This document shows, one piece after another, positions 38,055 through 50,469 of a stretch of 64,000 nt of DNA (its first letter is position 1; each line of letters starts with the position of its first letter). The notes below the pieces were generated by a model that saw nothing but the letters and a program-made list of their open reading frames with translations, made no database searches and was not told where the DNA came from. The position numbers and the translations under genes are program-made. The DNA lies in contig CM119263.1 in NCBI GenBank assembly GCA_051294375.1, positions 3,249,232-3,313,231 of the forward strand. Direction: 5' to 3'. Source of the DNA: Paraspadella gotoi. Its lineage: Eukaryota > Animalia > Chaetognatha.

Positions 38055-38997
38055 GTGGAATTTAAACTCAAGACGGAATGTAGTCTTGTCTCAATGCGTG
38101 ATTCCTCACTTTCGCGTGAGTCAAAGGGCGACGACGACGACAATGAAAACAACGAAAGCGACGACGACGAAAACGACGACGACGATAACGACGAAAGCGA
38201 CGACGACGACANNNNNNNNNNNNNNNNNNNNNNNNNNNNNNNNNNNNNNNNNNNNNNNNNNNNNNNNNNNNNNNNNNNNNNNNNNNNNNNNNNNNNNNNN
38301 NNNNNNGACGACAACGACAACGACGAAAGCGACGACGACAACGACAACGACGAAAGCGACGACGACAACGACGACTTTCGAATCTCCGATTTCAGCACAA
38401 AAGTCGAGACGAAAAAATCGAGGAGACGATCGGGCATCACGTTGTTGTTGTTGTCGTCTGAGCTCCCCCTCCCCCCTATTTCTGACTTTCCTTTTGTGAA
38501 AAACCGCGAAACAACGAACAACAATAACTTCGAACTCTACTCAGACGACGGACGACAACAACAACAACAACAATAACTTCGACCTCTACCTCGACGACAA
38601 CCAACACAACAACAACGTGATGCCCGAATCGTCTCCTCGATTTCGTNNNNNNNNNNNNNNNNNNNNNNNNNGGGTGATCGGGGATCACGACAGATAAAAA
38701 AGTCACGTGACTCAATTGATCCATTAACTATTAGAAGTTGGAAACGAGAGGTGAAAATTAAATCGTGAAACAAAAAAATAAATTGATTAATATTTTTAAA
38801 AATCGATGCCAAACTAAGTCGGAAATTAAAGATAAAGACAAAAGCAGGTGGCGCCTGGTGGCCGGATGAAAAGAAATTGACAATAAAACGGGCAGCGAAA
38901 TTTGCTGAAATCAGGCGAAAGAATCAGGCGAGAAAATGAGGCAGAGGAAAGCGACCGATCGATGCCCACGTTCGCCCGAGAAAAGACTCAGCACTTT

Positions 38998-39035
<38 letters not shown>

Positions 39036-39632
39036 GGTCGCCAATGGAAACGGTTAACTTCATCTTTAATTCGATAAAAAGGATGAGTCATCGGACGGAA
39101 TTTCTCAAAAAGCGAAAGGACTGTGAACGGGGGGGGGGAAAGAGTGAACTCTCGACTGAGGGACGAATGGCAATTCGATTTATGGCGATGGCACAAATGG
39201 CAATTCGATTTATGGCGTTGAGACCAATGGCTTTTGTGGAAATTGTCATTTGATGGCGCTGGGCATTAATGGCCAATCGGTACGCGGCGTTAAAAGAAGG
39301 GGGAATAAAATTTTAAAAAAGCGATGAGAACAAAAACAATTATTATGATCTCAACTTGAAATAGAAAAATTAATAAAAAGAAAATTGCAAAATTTAATTC
39401 GGAGAAAAAGGAATAGATTAAAATAATTAGCGTTGGAAACGCGAAGTAAAGTTGAAACGAAAATCTTTAATCGATATAACCGAATCGACTGTAGGTTGAC
39501 AAAGAGAGAAGATGATACTCAGCGCGTCACGCTTGTCGTCGTCGTCGTCGTCGTCGTCGTCGTCTCCCATCTTTTAAAAACAAAAGGGGAGCGCATTCTT
39601 TTCTCTCTCGTTCCCAGAGCTCAGATCTCCCG

Positions 39633-40927
39633 CATCATAGGGTTGAATGCCTCCGTCCTTCGGCATATCATAGGGTTGGAATGCCTCCCGTGGCCTTCGG
39701 GATATCAACATCAGTAGGTTCGGAATGCCTCCACGTCCTTCGAATATCATAGGGTTGGTAATGTGACCCAACCGGCTGCATCCTATCGATGATTAATCAT
39801 AGGTTTTTAGTGAATAGGCCAAACTCCCGTCCTTCGGATATCATAGGAAGTTGAGAATGCCGTCCCGTCCTCGGATATCATAGGGTTGGAATGCCTCCCG
39901 TTCCTTCGGATATCATAGGAGTCGTGGATGCCTCCCTGCCTTCGGATATGCATAGGTTGGAATGCCCTCCGTTCTCTTCGATATCATAAGGGTTTGGAAT
40001 GACCTCCCGTCCTTCGGAATATCATAGGGTGGAATGCCTCCCGTCCTTCGGATATCATAGGGTTGGAATGCCTCCGTCCTATCGGGTCTAGTATACTGGT
40101 CTCGTCGATATCATAGGGTTGGACATGCCCTCCCGTCCTTCGGATATCATAGGGTTGGAATGCCTCCCGTCCTTCGGATATCATAGGGATGGAATGCCTC
40201 CCTTTTTCTTCTTCGAGAGTGTATCATATGGGTTGAGATGCTCCCGTCCTCGGATATCATAGGGTTGGAATAGCCTCCCGTCCTTCGGATATCAATAGGG
40301 TTGGAATGCCTCCCTCCTTCGGATATCATAGGGTTGAATGCCTCCCGCCTTCGATTCATAGGGTTGAATGCCCCCGTCCTTCGGATATCATTAGGTTGGA
40401 TGCCTCCCGTCCTTCGGAATATATAGGGTTGGAAAGCCTCCCGTCCTTCGGATATCATAGGTTGGAATGCCTCCCCGTCCTTTCGGATATCATAGGGTTT
40501 GGAATGCCTCCCGTTCCTTCGGATATCATAGGTTGAATGCCTCCCGTCTTCTGGATTATCATAGGGTTGGAATATGCCTCCCCACGTCCTTCGGATATCA
40601 TAGGGTTGCGAATGCCCTCCGTCCTTCGATATATAGGGTTGGAATGCCTCCCGTCCTTCGGATATCATAGGTGTTGAATGCCTCCCGTCCTCGTTTCAAG
40701 GTTGATCCGATCTGGATATCAGGGTTGAATTGCCTCCCGTCCTTCGGATATCATAGGGTTGGAATGCCTCCCGTCCTTCGGATATCATAGGGTTGGAATG
40801 CCTCCCGTCCTTCGGATATCATTAGGGTTGGAATGCCTCCCGTCCTTCGGATATCATAGGGTTGGAATGCCTCCCGTCCTTCGGATATCTAGGGTTGGAA
40901 TGCCTCCCGTCCTTCGGATATCATAGG
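39633..40927 (-). repeat. 34-bp satellite array (reverse orientation)
   Basis: Tandem copies of the reverse complement of ATGATATCCGAAGGACGGGAGGCATTCCAACCCT with no spacers. Confidence 0.97.
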
Positions 40928-43900
40928 GCGTTGTTATCAGGGCCCGAAAATAATCGGCATTGGTTTTACAATCTCAGTTATTGTAACTAATTCTAATGGT
41001 TAGCAGAATAGTAAAAAAAGTTGAAAAATGTTTTCAATTTTAGCGTCGTTGGCGCCGCACAAGTTGTAAAACTTTTGTAAATGAAAAAAAAAAAAAACCT
41101 TTTTTTGGTAAAAAATAATAAATTCGAAAAAAAAAAATAAAAAAACGAAAAGTCGGAAGAGCACGATTGTAAACAAAAACATCGACGGAAATAAAAGTTT
41201 ATTTTCGCGTTCAAAAATTAAAAGAAGATTTTTCTCACCTTTCTTTTTTTTCCCTTTATTTATTCTTACTGGTCAACCCTACGACCTTTGTTTTCCCTTT
41301 CCGAAGGTGACGACATTTTTTCCTCACTGTCCAAAATAGGCCACTTTCAGTCCTAAAATTTGGAATATATTATTTTCTAAATATAATAATTAATTGTAAA
41401 GATTCAAGTTACTAAGTTGCTTAACAGATGACAGATACTAGATGAATAATAGACTCAATAAACATCCAATTAAGAAACAATTTTTTTTCACTCCAACCTA
41501 AACTCTACAGATTCTCACTCGATCATTACTAATTATTTATCTACTTACTCTAAAAAAATACAGGAAGAAATTTTATATATTTGAGAGATAGTCGGTTTAG
41601 TTTGTATAACAGGTGTTCTATTGTGATTAGTACATGGAGCAACTTCATTTTATTTGTATGGATAAATTCACATCATGGTATCCGCTCAGTAACTTTGTTG
41701 AGATATATTGTCATGTAACTATGGAATACGATTTAATATGTAAATGAAATTTTTATGGAAGATTTTAAAATTTAATCTGAATAAACTCACTATTTCAAAA
41801 TTTTAGGAACGTGAAAAGGTGGCCTTGTAGTTCTTATGGTACAGTTGCGACACGCAAAAGAAATTAATGTGTTCGCGATACCATTTCCGAATATGATGGC
41901 AAAAAGAGATCAAAGGTATCTAGCGTATGGTGTTTCTTGTTATTTAATCCTTTCAAACGAATTTAAACTATACAATAATCACCATAATGTGTGAGTAATA
42001 TAACGCAGTAACGTGCCAGGTTAAGAACAAATACTCGCCTACGAGTACTACTCATAGGACATGCACTGTCACAAATGAGCGCATTAAACTTATATTTTAT
42101 CTTCTACTGCCGTCTACTGGATGTATATGATATCAACTCCTGCTGTGCCCTCTGAGGGCAGGTTGTGGGCTGCGAGAGTCCGAAGACCTCGCCAACTACT
42201 ATAGTGCTGTATTTATCTTCAATTATTCGTGTATAGATGTCAAATAAATTAAAAAACAGAAACAGTAAAATCTGATTAGATTTATCACCGAAATCTGATT
42301 ATAAGGTAATTTTCTTTCTTTTCTACAAAATTATGACACAAGAAGAGATTTTGGAGACACGAAAATACTTATTGTGTTATCCTGTCGGATGGTTATGCAC
42401 TTCCGAATTCGAATGTTTATAATGTGGAATACGAGATAGGATCTTTTCGTGTCTTACTTTGTTGAGATCGATTTTGTTTGCATTAAGTCTTATCAAGAGG
42501 TCTTACAGGAGATCACGACTTGAGAAATTCATTCACTTTAAAAATGATCTCTGTCGACTTGAGATTCTGACACTTCGCGACGAAAATCGCACTTATCCGT
42601 GCTTCTCTTGCGTCGAGTATATAACAACCGTCTCGTAATTAGATAAGTGATCTGCATCTCGGTCGCGCTATATCCGTTCAATCCTGATGCGATTTTTTAA
42701 ATATATGTAGGTGAACCTGGGAGGGCACCCATTACTCGTTCTGCTAAACATATAGTATGATTAACTACACAAGACTAGACGAAAGGGTAAGTGCCTATTC
42801 CAACCACTTACTGTATTTAATTCCAAAGATGATGTGTGCGATTTCAAATCCGAGGTGTCGTCACACCTAATCACTTATGAATTATATCCGAAGGAACCAG
42901 GGACGCGCACTCGTGCGAGAGCGACTATATGTATCATCTCCACGAAACACCGAGACAAATTCTCGCGAGAGCGCGTTATTGAGGAGCACAAAAGCGACTG
43001 AAAGTCATCCTATAGTCTCAAACTCTTTCCGTATGTCTGGAGTTCCAATATCTTATGACTCTTGATAAGGTATCTGGAGTCAGCACATATATATACTCAC
43101 TAACAATGCAACGCCTGCTACATGAAACTCTACACACTGAGCAAGGAACGGGCAGCTGAGAACTCAAATTACATATACCTTCACTTGGAATCCAATCGTA
43201 CGGTGAGGGCATTCCAGACCTTCATTGATATCTCCGAGAAAGCACCGGGCATGGTTCTATATCCATAGCACTTCAATCAATTTGTTATCTAAATCCAGAT
43301 AGGACGGGTAATAGATTACATAAATTAAATCTCATAACTAATAAGTCAATGAAACATCCTCGCAATTTTATTTGAATTTAGTTTATCACTTTGGACTCGT
43401 ATAAACTGTGTATAATATATATTAGTTTCTTAACATTAATATTTTACTGGATTATTTTTTTTGGCTAAACGCTAATACATTCGAGAAGAATGGCGACTTC
43501 CTCAAGAAAGAACAGGCACAGGAATAGACCAACTAATCGACAACAAACCCTACTCAGCTTCATCCAGTCCTCCTTGGTTCGTCGAGATTTCAATCCACGA
43601 GATCAAGAGCAATCTCGTCGTCGTTGGAGTGTGTCTCCTAGTTCCGTTGATCTCGTCACTTACTTTAACTCTCGACTATGGAGTTCGCGCGGAGAAATCC
43701 AGTTAACGAGGTCCATACGATTTAGAGGACTGGTTGTCACCACTTGAGGTGACATGTGTGAGAGAGGGACAAACGGATCATCTTGCGCTATTAGCGCGCG
43801 ATGAGTGTCATATTCTCTTCGTAGGTCAGAGTCAGTCTTTGGGATTGGGGCAGTTCAATGTACACCTAACCGGCTATAAGGGTCACTGAATATTGACAGG

Positions 43901-46200
43901 GCTTGTATAAGGGTAGAACGTGGTAATCGTACGATCTGGTGAAATACCCACTAACCCAATGAGCTTCGTATGATTACTTCGCTATTACTCTTTGATCGTT
44001 TTTTGTGGATGTCAGACTTTAAGTGGTCATGTTAAGGGTTCACCCGAGGCTGGGGCAGAGTATAGTAGATGGGATTATGAATTCGAATGCGATGTGGATC
44101 CATCAAACTGCGGCAGAATACCCAATAGAATAAAGTCAATCGCGAGTCGTCGATCGTCGATGTCACTTCCCGAAAGCGCGCTTCATTTCGATATAACATA
44201 CACAGAAACTTAGAAGAGATTTCTGTGAGATGTACAAAGAGAACTATATTTTTCCCGTGACACAATAACGAATTCTCACTGCGATATATAAACAATACTC
44301 TTTGTATGGTTAGCACGGAAGTTCAATTCCACATTCTCCTACCGCTTCTATATGAATTTAATCCAGAAACGTGATACGACTTTGGGATGGTGCACTATAT
44401 TACCCAATTAACCTTCTATGATACCGCACGTATACGATGTACGGCGTATGTCGTCCATTTTGCCGATAATACCATTATTTGATATCATTATCATCCGTCA
44501 GTCCAGAGGATGTCGATTATCGTCGAAATTTTGTCGTCTATCTATTTAATTTACACACACTTCTAAATGGTCATTGTTAGATACACCGAATTAATTGGCC
44601 GAGCGGGTACGGCATTCCGAGACATTGTTACTTTTCTCTTCATTCACTCGCACTAACTGTATATCTCTCAAGACTTGGGAAGTGGCACATTATCCACACT
44701 CTTTCTAAAAATTTATTTCTATTTTCACATTCGCCACTTTATTTTCCGAGCCTTCCACCTTAGCGCACGTGTGACTTGCCGCGAAATTTTCCAAACCTTC
44801 TCCATTATATTTCCGTACGACTTTAAGCTGCTTTGTGTGAAAAGTCAATATATTCACTATATACTTCTCTTTATATTGTATTATCAAGACACAGAGATCA
44901 GGGAGTGTCCGATGTCTGCAACGCGTTGACTATCGGAACCTACAACCGACGAGCGAGGGAAGGACACGCGAAGCACAACATATAAATATAATATCTCTCA
45001 GAAAGGAACGACGGGAGGAGAACTCGTATAACCACACTTGGAATCTCTTTCATATGTATATTCTTTCGAAGTACAGCAGATCGAGAGGATCTATTCAAAC
45101 AACTTTTCTCTGAGTGCTTACGCTCACTTTCCCAGAATTGAGGAGGGCGTTTCGATCCGGAGTGTCACTTATTGTACATTCGCATTTTTATTGCGATATG
45201 AATATGATTCTCTTCTGGATTCAGTGTTACCTCTGTGTGAGATCAATTCACACCACTATGATTCCTTGATTGAATTCAGAACTGGGAAGCGGAGGGTCAA
45301 TGTGAGATCTGATTAATTAATTCCACGATACTTTCCATCATATGCATTTAACTTCATCTCAGTAATGACGAGGAGGCATTACTTCGACTCCATATATGAT
45401 GTCCTGATTAGTGTGCGTATGGTGGTAATGCATTTCCTTACATTTACTATCTTGATTATGTCCTGAATTAGTGTCATCTGGCGAGAGCCGACTGCTATTA
45501 TAATTTTATCTAAAACAGACCATCTAAATGTAGATAGACTGGTTTTTATGACGTAGGCGGCGAAACAACTAAAATACTTGAGACTTAGAGAGACAATCAT
45601 AAACGACAAGAGCGACACACACAGACTAATCTGCGCGGAGAAGCGACTTGGACTGTATGCGAATCGCCATCTCAACGGCGCTGATGTAAATATCTGCTCG
45701 CGCAGAGCGGGACTTGCGTAGTCGTCGTCACCAATCGTGCGAATCGCTATCGTCGATCAAACGTGCGATCCGTTAACGTAAGTAACGGCAAGGTTTGGCT
45801 GAGATTCCAAAAACTCGCCCGGCAGTAAACACGAATCCGAGGAACGAGAGCGCGAGTAACGCACCACCCCACAGCGACGAAATACTCATTCCGACGGCGC
45901 GCGACTTATAATGTAAAACGCGACTGGAGGCTTATTGCAGAGAGACTTCTTCTAGTAATGCAGTCACGTGCGATGGCTCGTCGATCGTCGTGCAGAGCTC
46001 GCGAGTGCAATTGTCGGAGATCAGCCGTGCACTGAGCAGGCGTACGAACCATTAATACTCGAACCGACAGATGACGTAAGCTGGACTGGCCTCCGGCCAC
46101 AAGGAAGGGTCAATCTCACGAAAGAACAGGTTTTCTTCTCTCTCTCTCCTCTCGCTCTGCGTCTCTCTCGCGTCCTCTCTCTCCTCTCCTCATACAGCTC
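40928..46200 (+). repeat. Segment B: progressively degraded, insertion-rich reverse-complement copy of 54232-57757
   Basis: 40928-41370 is a close reverse complement of 57320-57757. Noisy but collinear matches: 42100-42200 to 56780-56860, 43490-43626 to 55800-55925, 45890-45970 to 54245-54300. Confidence 0.9.
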
Positions 46201-46219
46201 TCCAATCCCCTATTCATCG

Positions 46220-49172
46220 ATCATCCGCACGGAGGAGGCATTCCAACCTATGATATCCGAAAGGGAGCTTACAGATCGAAAGCTGGAAGGCATTACAACC
46301 TCTATGATATCCGAAGGACGGGAGATCTCCAACCTATGATATCCGAAGGACGGGAGGATCCAACCCTATGATATCCGCAAGACGAGCCCTGGTCCGAGGC
46401 GGATGATTTCCAACCCCTATGATCATCCGAAGGACGGGAGGCATTCCAACCTATGATATCCGAAGGACGGGAGCATTCCAACCCTATGCTATCGCGAAGA
46501 ACGGGAGGCATTCCACCCTATGATATCGCCTAAGGACGGGAGCATTATTGATATCCGACAACTGCACACTATGATATCCGAAGGACGGGAGGCATTCCAA
46601 CCCTATGATTCCGAAGGACGGGAGGCATTCCAACCGCTGATACCCGTAACGCGGAGGCACATTGTTCGGGAGGAGCATCCACACCTAATGATATCCGCAC
46701 AAGGAACGGGAGCAATTTCCAACCCCTATGAGTATCCGAAGGACGGGAGGCATTCCAACCCAGATCCGAGACGGGAGCATTCCCTGATTATCCGAAGACG
46801 GGACGGATCAACCCTATCTGATATTCACAGAGGATCGGTAGGTATATCCAAGAGACCAATAAATGATATCGGACAGGACGGGAGGCATTCCAACCTATTG
46901 AATATCCGAAGGAGCAGGAAGGATTCCACCTGATGATATCCGAAGGACGGAGGCCATTCCAACCATCTATGTCATCTCACTTACGAAAGGACGGGAGGAC
47001 ATTCCAAACCCTATATGATATCTCCGAGGGACGGGAGGCAATTCCAACCCTATTGATATCCGAAGACGAGTCATGCACTTGATAGAGAGGACGGCATTCA
47101 ACCCTCAATGATATCCGATAAGTACGGGAGGCATTCCAACCCTATGTATACCGAAGGACGGGAGGCATTCCGAACTCCTATGATATCCGAAGGCGGGAGG
47201 CATTCCAACCCTATGATACCCGAAGGAGGAGGCATCAACCGCTAGGAATCGCACGAGAGCTTCCAACCCTATCGATATCAGACGGAAGGCATCCCCGAAG
47301 GAAAAGCGGGAGGATTCCAACCCTATGATAATCCGAAGGTACGGAGGCATTCCACCCTGATGAATACCGAAGGACGGGAAGGCATTCCCAACCCTAATGA
47401 TATTCACCGAAGGAATTCCGGGAGGCCATCCAACCCACTATGATATCCCGAAGACGGGAGGCATTCCAACCCTCAATGATATACCGAAGGACGGGAGCAT
47501 TCCAATCCTCTATGATAATCCGAAGGACGGAAGGCATTCCAACGCTCTCATTCGAAATTCCGAAGGAACGGGAGGAGTCTATCCAAACTCCTATGCATAT
47601 CCGTAGCAACGGACGGGAGCGATTCCAACCCTAATTGAAAATCCGAAGGACGTGGAGGTCCATTCCAACCCTGATGATTATCGACGGACGCCGGAGGCCA
47701 TTCCACTATGTATCCGAAAAGGACGGGAAGGCTTCCACCTATGATATCCGAGAGGACGGGAGCATTTCAACCCTATGATATCGCCAGACAGGCGGAGTGC
47801 ATTCCAACCCCTTAATGATATCCGAGTACGGACGGGGGCATCTTCCACTATGTTCCGACCACGAGCATCCAACCCTTGATCCGAAACGGGAGGCATCTCA
47901 CCCTCAATCCCGCCTAGACCGGCACAGTTCACCTCAACGAACGTGAGCGGGAGGCGTATTCCAAACCTATGAATCCGCAGTGCAACCTTCTGCCGAACGG
48001 ACGGGGGCCACTCTCCAAACGTCATATATTATCCGAAGAACGGTGGGCATTCCACCCTATGATATCCGAAGGAACGGGGAGGCATTCCAACCCTATGATA
48101 TCCGGGAGAGACGGGAGGCTACTCCAGACCTCATGATATCCGCAAGGACGGGAGGCATTCCAACCCTTAATTCAATATCCGCAAGGAGGGAGGCATTCCA
48201 ACCCATGATATCCGTCAGAGGAACGGTAGGCATTCCAACCTATATGATATCCGCAAGGACGGGAGGCATTCCAACCCTATGTAACGAAGAGGCTTCCCAC
48301 TATGATCGGGACGGGAGGCATCCAACCCTATGATATCCGTACAAGACGGAGGCATTCGCTACCCTAGATATCCGAAGGACGGGAGGCATTCCAACCCTAT
48401 GATAATACAAGGGAGAATTCCACTGAAACGGAGGCATCCCAAACGACGGAGGCATTCCAACCCTAGACTATCCGAAGGACGGGACGGCATTTCCAACCCT
48501 ATGATTCCGAAGGACGGAGTGCATCCACCCTTGATATCGAAGGACGGGAGGCATTCCAACCCTCATGATACCGAAGGACGGGAGGCATTCCAACCCTATG
48601 ATATCCGAAGGACGGGAGGCATTCCAACCTATGATATCCGCAAGGAACGGAGGCATTCCCAACCCTATGATATCCGTACAGGACGGGAAGCACTTCCCAA
48701 CCCTAATCGATAATCCCAAGGACGGGAGGCATTCCAACCCTATTGATATCCGAAGGACGGGATACTAGTCGATCAGAGATTCCAACCCACTATGATATCC
48801 TCAAGGACGGGAGGCATTCCAACTCCCTGTTGATGATTTGAGACACGTACTGCCCGTGTGAGAGATACAGGTGAGGTCATACGTCTGCACTCCTCTATGA
48901 TTACTATTACGCAAAGGACGGAGGCCATCCAACCTATGATATCCCCGAAGGAACGGGAGGCCATTCAACCCTATGTATTATTCCGAAGGACGGGGAGGCA
49001 TTGCCACCCTATGATATCCCGAGGACGGGAATGGCATTCAACCCCATGATATCCGAAGGACGGGAGGCAATTCCAAACTCTATTGATATCCGAAGGACGG
49101 GAGGCATCCAACCCCATGATGATCTCCGTAAGGACCGGGTCAGCATTCCAACCCTATGATATCCGAAGACGG
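46220..49172 (+). repeat. 34-bp satellite array (error-rich)
   Basis: Tandem ATGATATCCGAAGGACGGGAGGCATTCCAACCCT with many random indels. Confidence 0.97.
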
Positions 49173-49687
49173 ACTCTCTTTCTCTCACCGGATTAAAATC
49201 CGTAACGTCCACGATCTCTCTCTCTCTCTCTCTCCTCTCCTCTCTCTCTGCTTCTCTCTCTATCTCTCTCTCTCTCTCTCTATCTCCTCTTCTCTCTCCT
49301 CTCTCTCTCTTCGAATCGTTTTTCGTCGGCTCGTATACGGGCGGGACTNNNNNNNNNNNNNNNNNNNNNNNNNTGTCAGTTGTCGTCGTCGTCGTCGTTC
49401 AGCGGGGCAGGCGTCGAAGACCTTACCCGATTAGTACTGACCCCTCCGGCCACAGAGGCAAGGTCAATCTACGAGAGACAGGTTTTTCCGTTCTCTCCCT
49501 TTCCTTCTCCTCTCTCTCTCTCTTCTCTTTCTCTCTCTCTCCTCTGTCTTTGTCCGTTGACGTGTCGTACTTGCCCGTGTGACTGCGATGATCTCTCAAA
49601 CAGGTTGAGTCGATACGGTGTCTCTCTCTCCTTCTCTCTCTCTCTCTCTCTTTCTCTCACCCGGATTAAAATCCGCGAAACGTCCAC

Positions 49688-49751
<64 letters not shown>

Positions 49752-49799
49752 TCTCTTCGAATCGTTTTTCCGTCGGCCTCTCGTTATCGGGGCGAGACC

Positions 49800-50419
49800 G
49801 CGGGGAGATCTGAGCTCTGGGAACGAGAGAGAAAAGAATGCGCGCTCCTTTTGTTTTAAAAGATGGGAGACGACGACGACGACCGACGACGACGACGACA
49901 AGCGTGGACGCGCTGAGTATCATCCTTCTCTCTTTGTCACCTAACAGGGTCGATTCGGTTTATATCGATTAAAGATTTTCCGTTTCAACTTTACTTCGCG
50001 TTTTCCAACGCTAATTATTTTAATCTATTCCTTTTTCTCCGGAATTAAATTTTGCAATTTTCTTTTTATTAATTTTTCTATTTCAAGTTGAGATCATAAT
50101 AATTTTTTTGTCTTCATCGCTTTTTTAAAATTTTATTCCCCTTCTTTTTAACGCCGCTTCCGCGTACCGATTGGCCATTAAATGCCCAGCGCCATCAAAT
50201 GACAATTTCCACAAAAGCCATTGGTCTCAACGCCATAAATCGAATTGCCATTTGTGCCATCGCCATAAATCGAATTGCCATTCGTCCCTCAGTCGAGAGT
50301 TCACTCTTCCCCCCCCGTTCACAGTCCTTTCCTTTTTGAGAAATTCCGTCCGATGACTCATCCTTTTTATCGAATTAAAGATGAAGTTAACCGTTTCCAT
50401 TGGCGACCGATCTCTCTCT

Positions 50420-50469
<50 letters not shown>

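Larger units (their letters stand above)
35266..39632 (+). repeat. Left arm (A) of large inverted duplication; reverse complement of 49800-54231
   Basis: For example 35267-35300 is the reverse complement of 54198-54231, and 39590-39632 of 49800-49850; collinear throughout, including p190 exons 1-2. Confidence 0.95.

Noticed and set aside
37947-38650. Asp/Asn- or Thr-rich ORFs across N gaps
   Set aside because: (GAC/AAC)n low-complexity repeats spanning gaps; the inverted copy does not preserve a frame
42877-46339. ORFs suggesting a viral or horizontally acquired insert
   Set aside because: The region is a noisy reverse-complement copy of 54.2-57.3 kb
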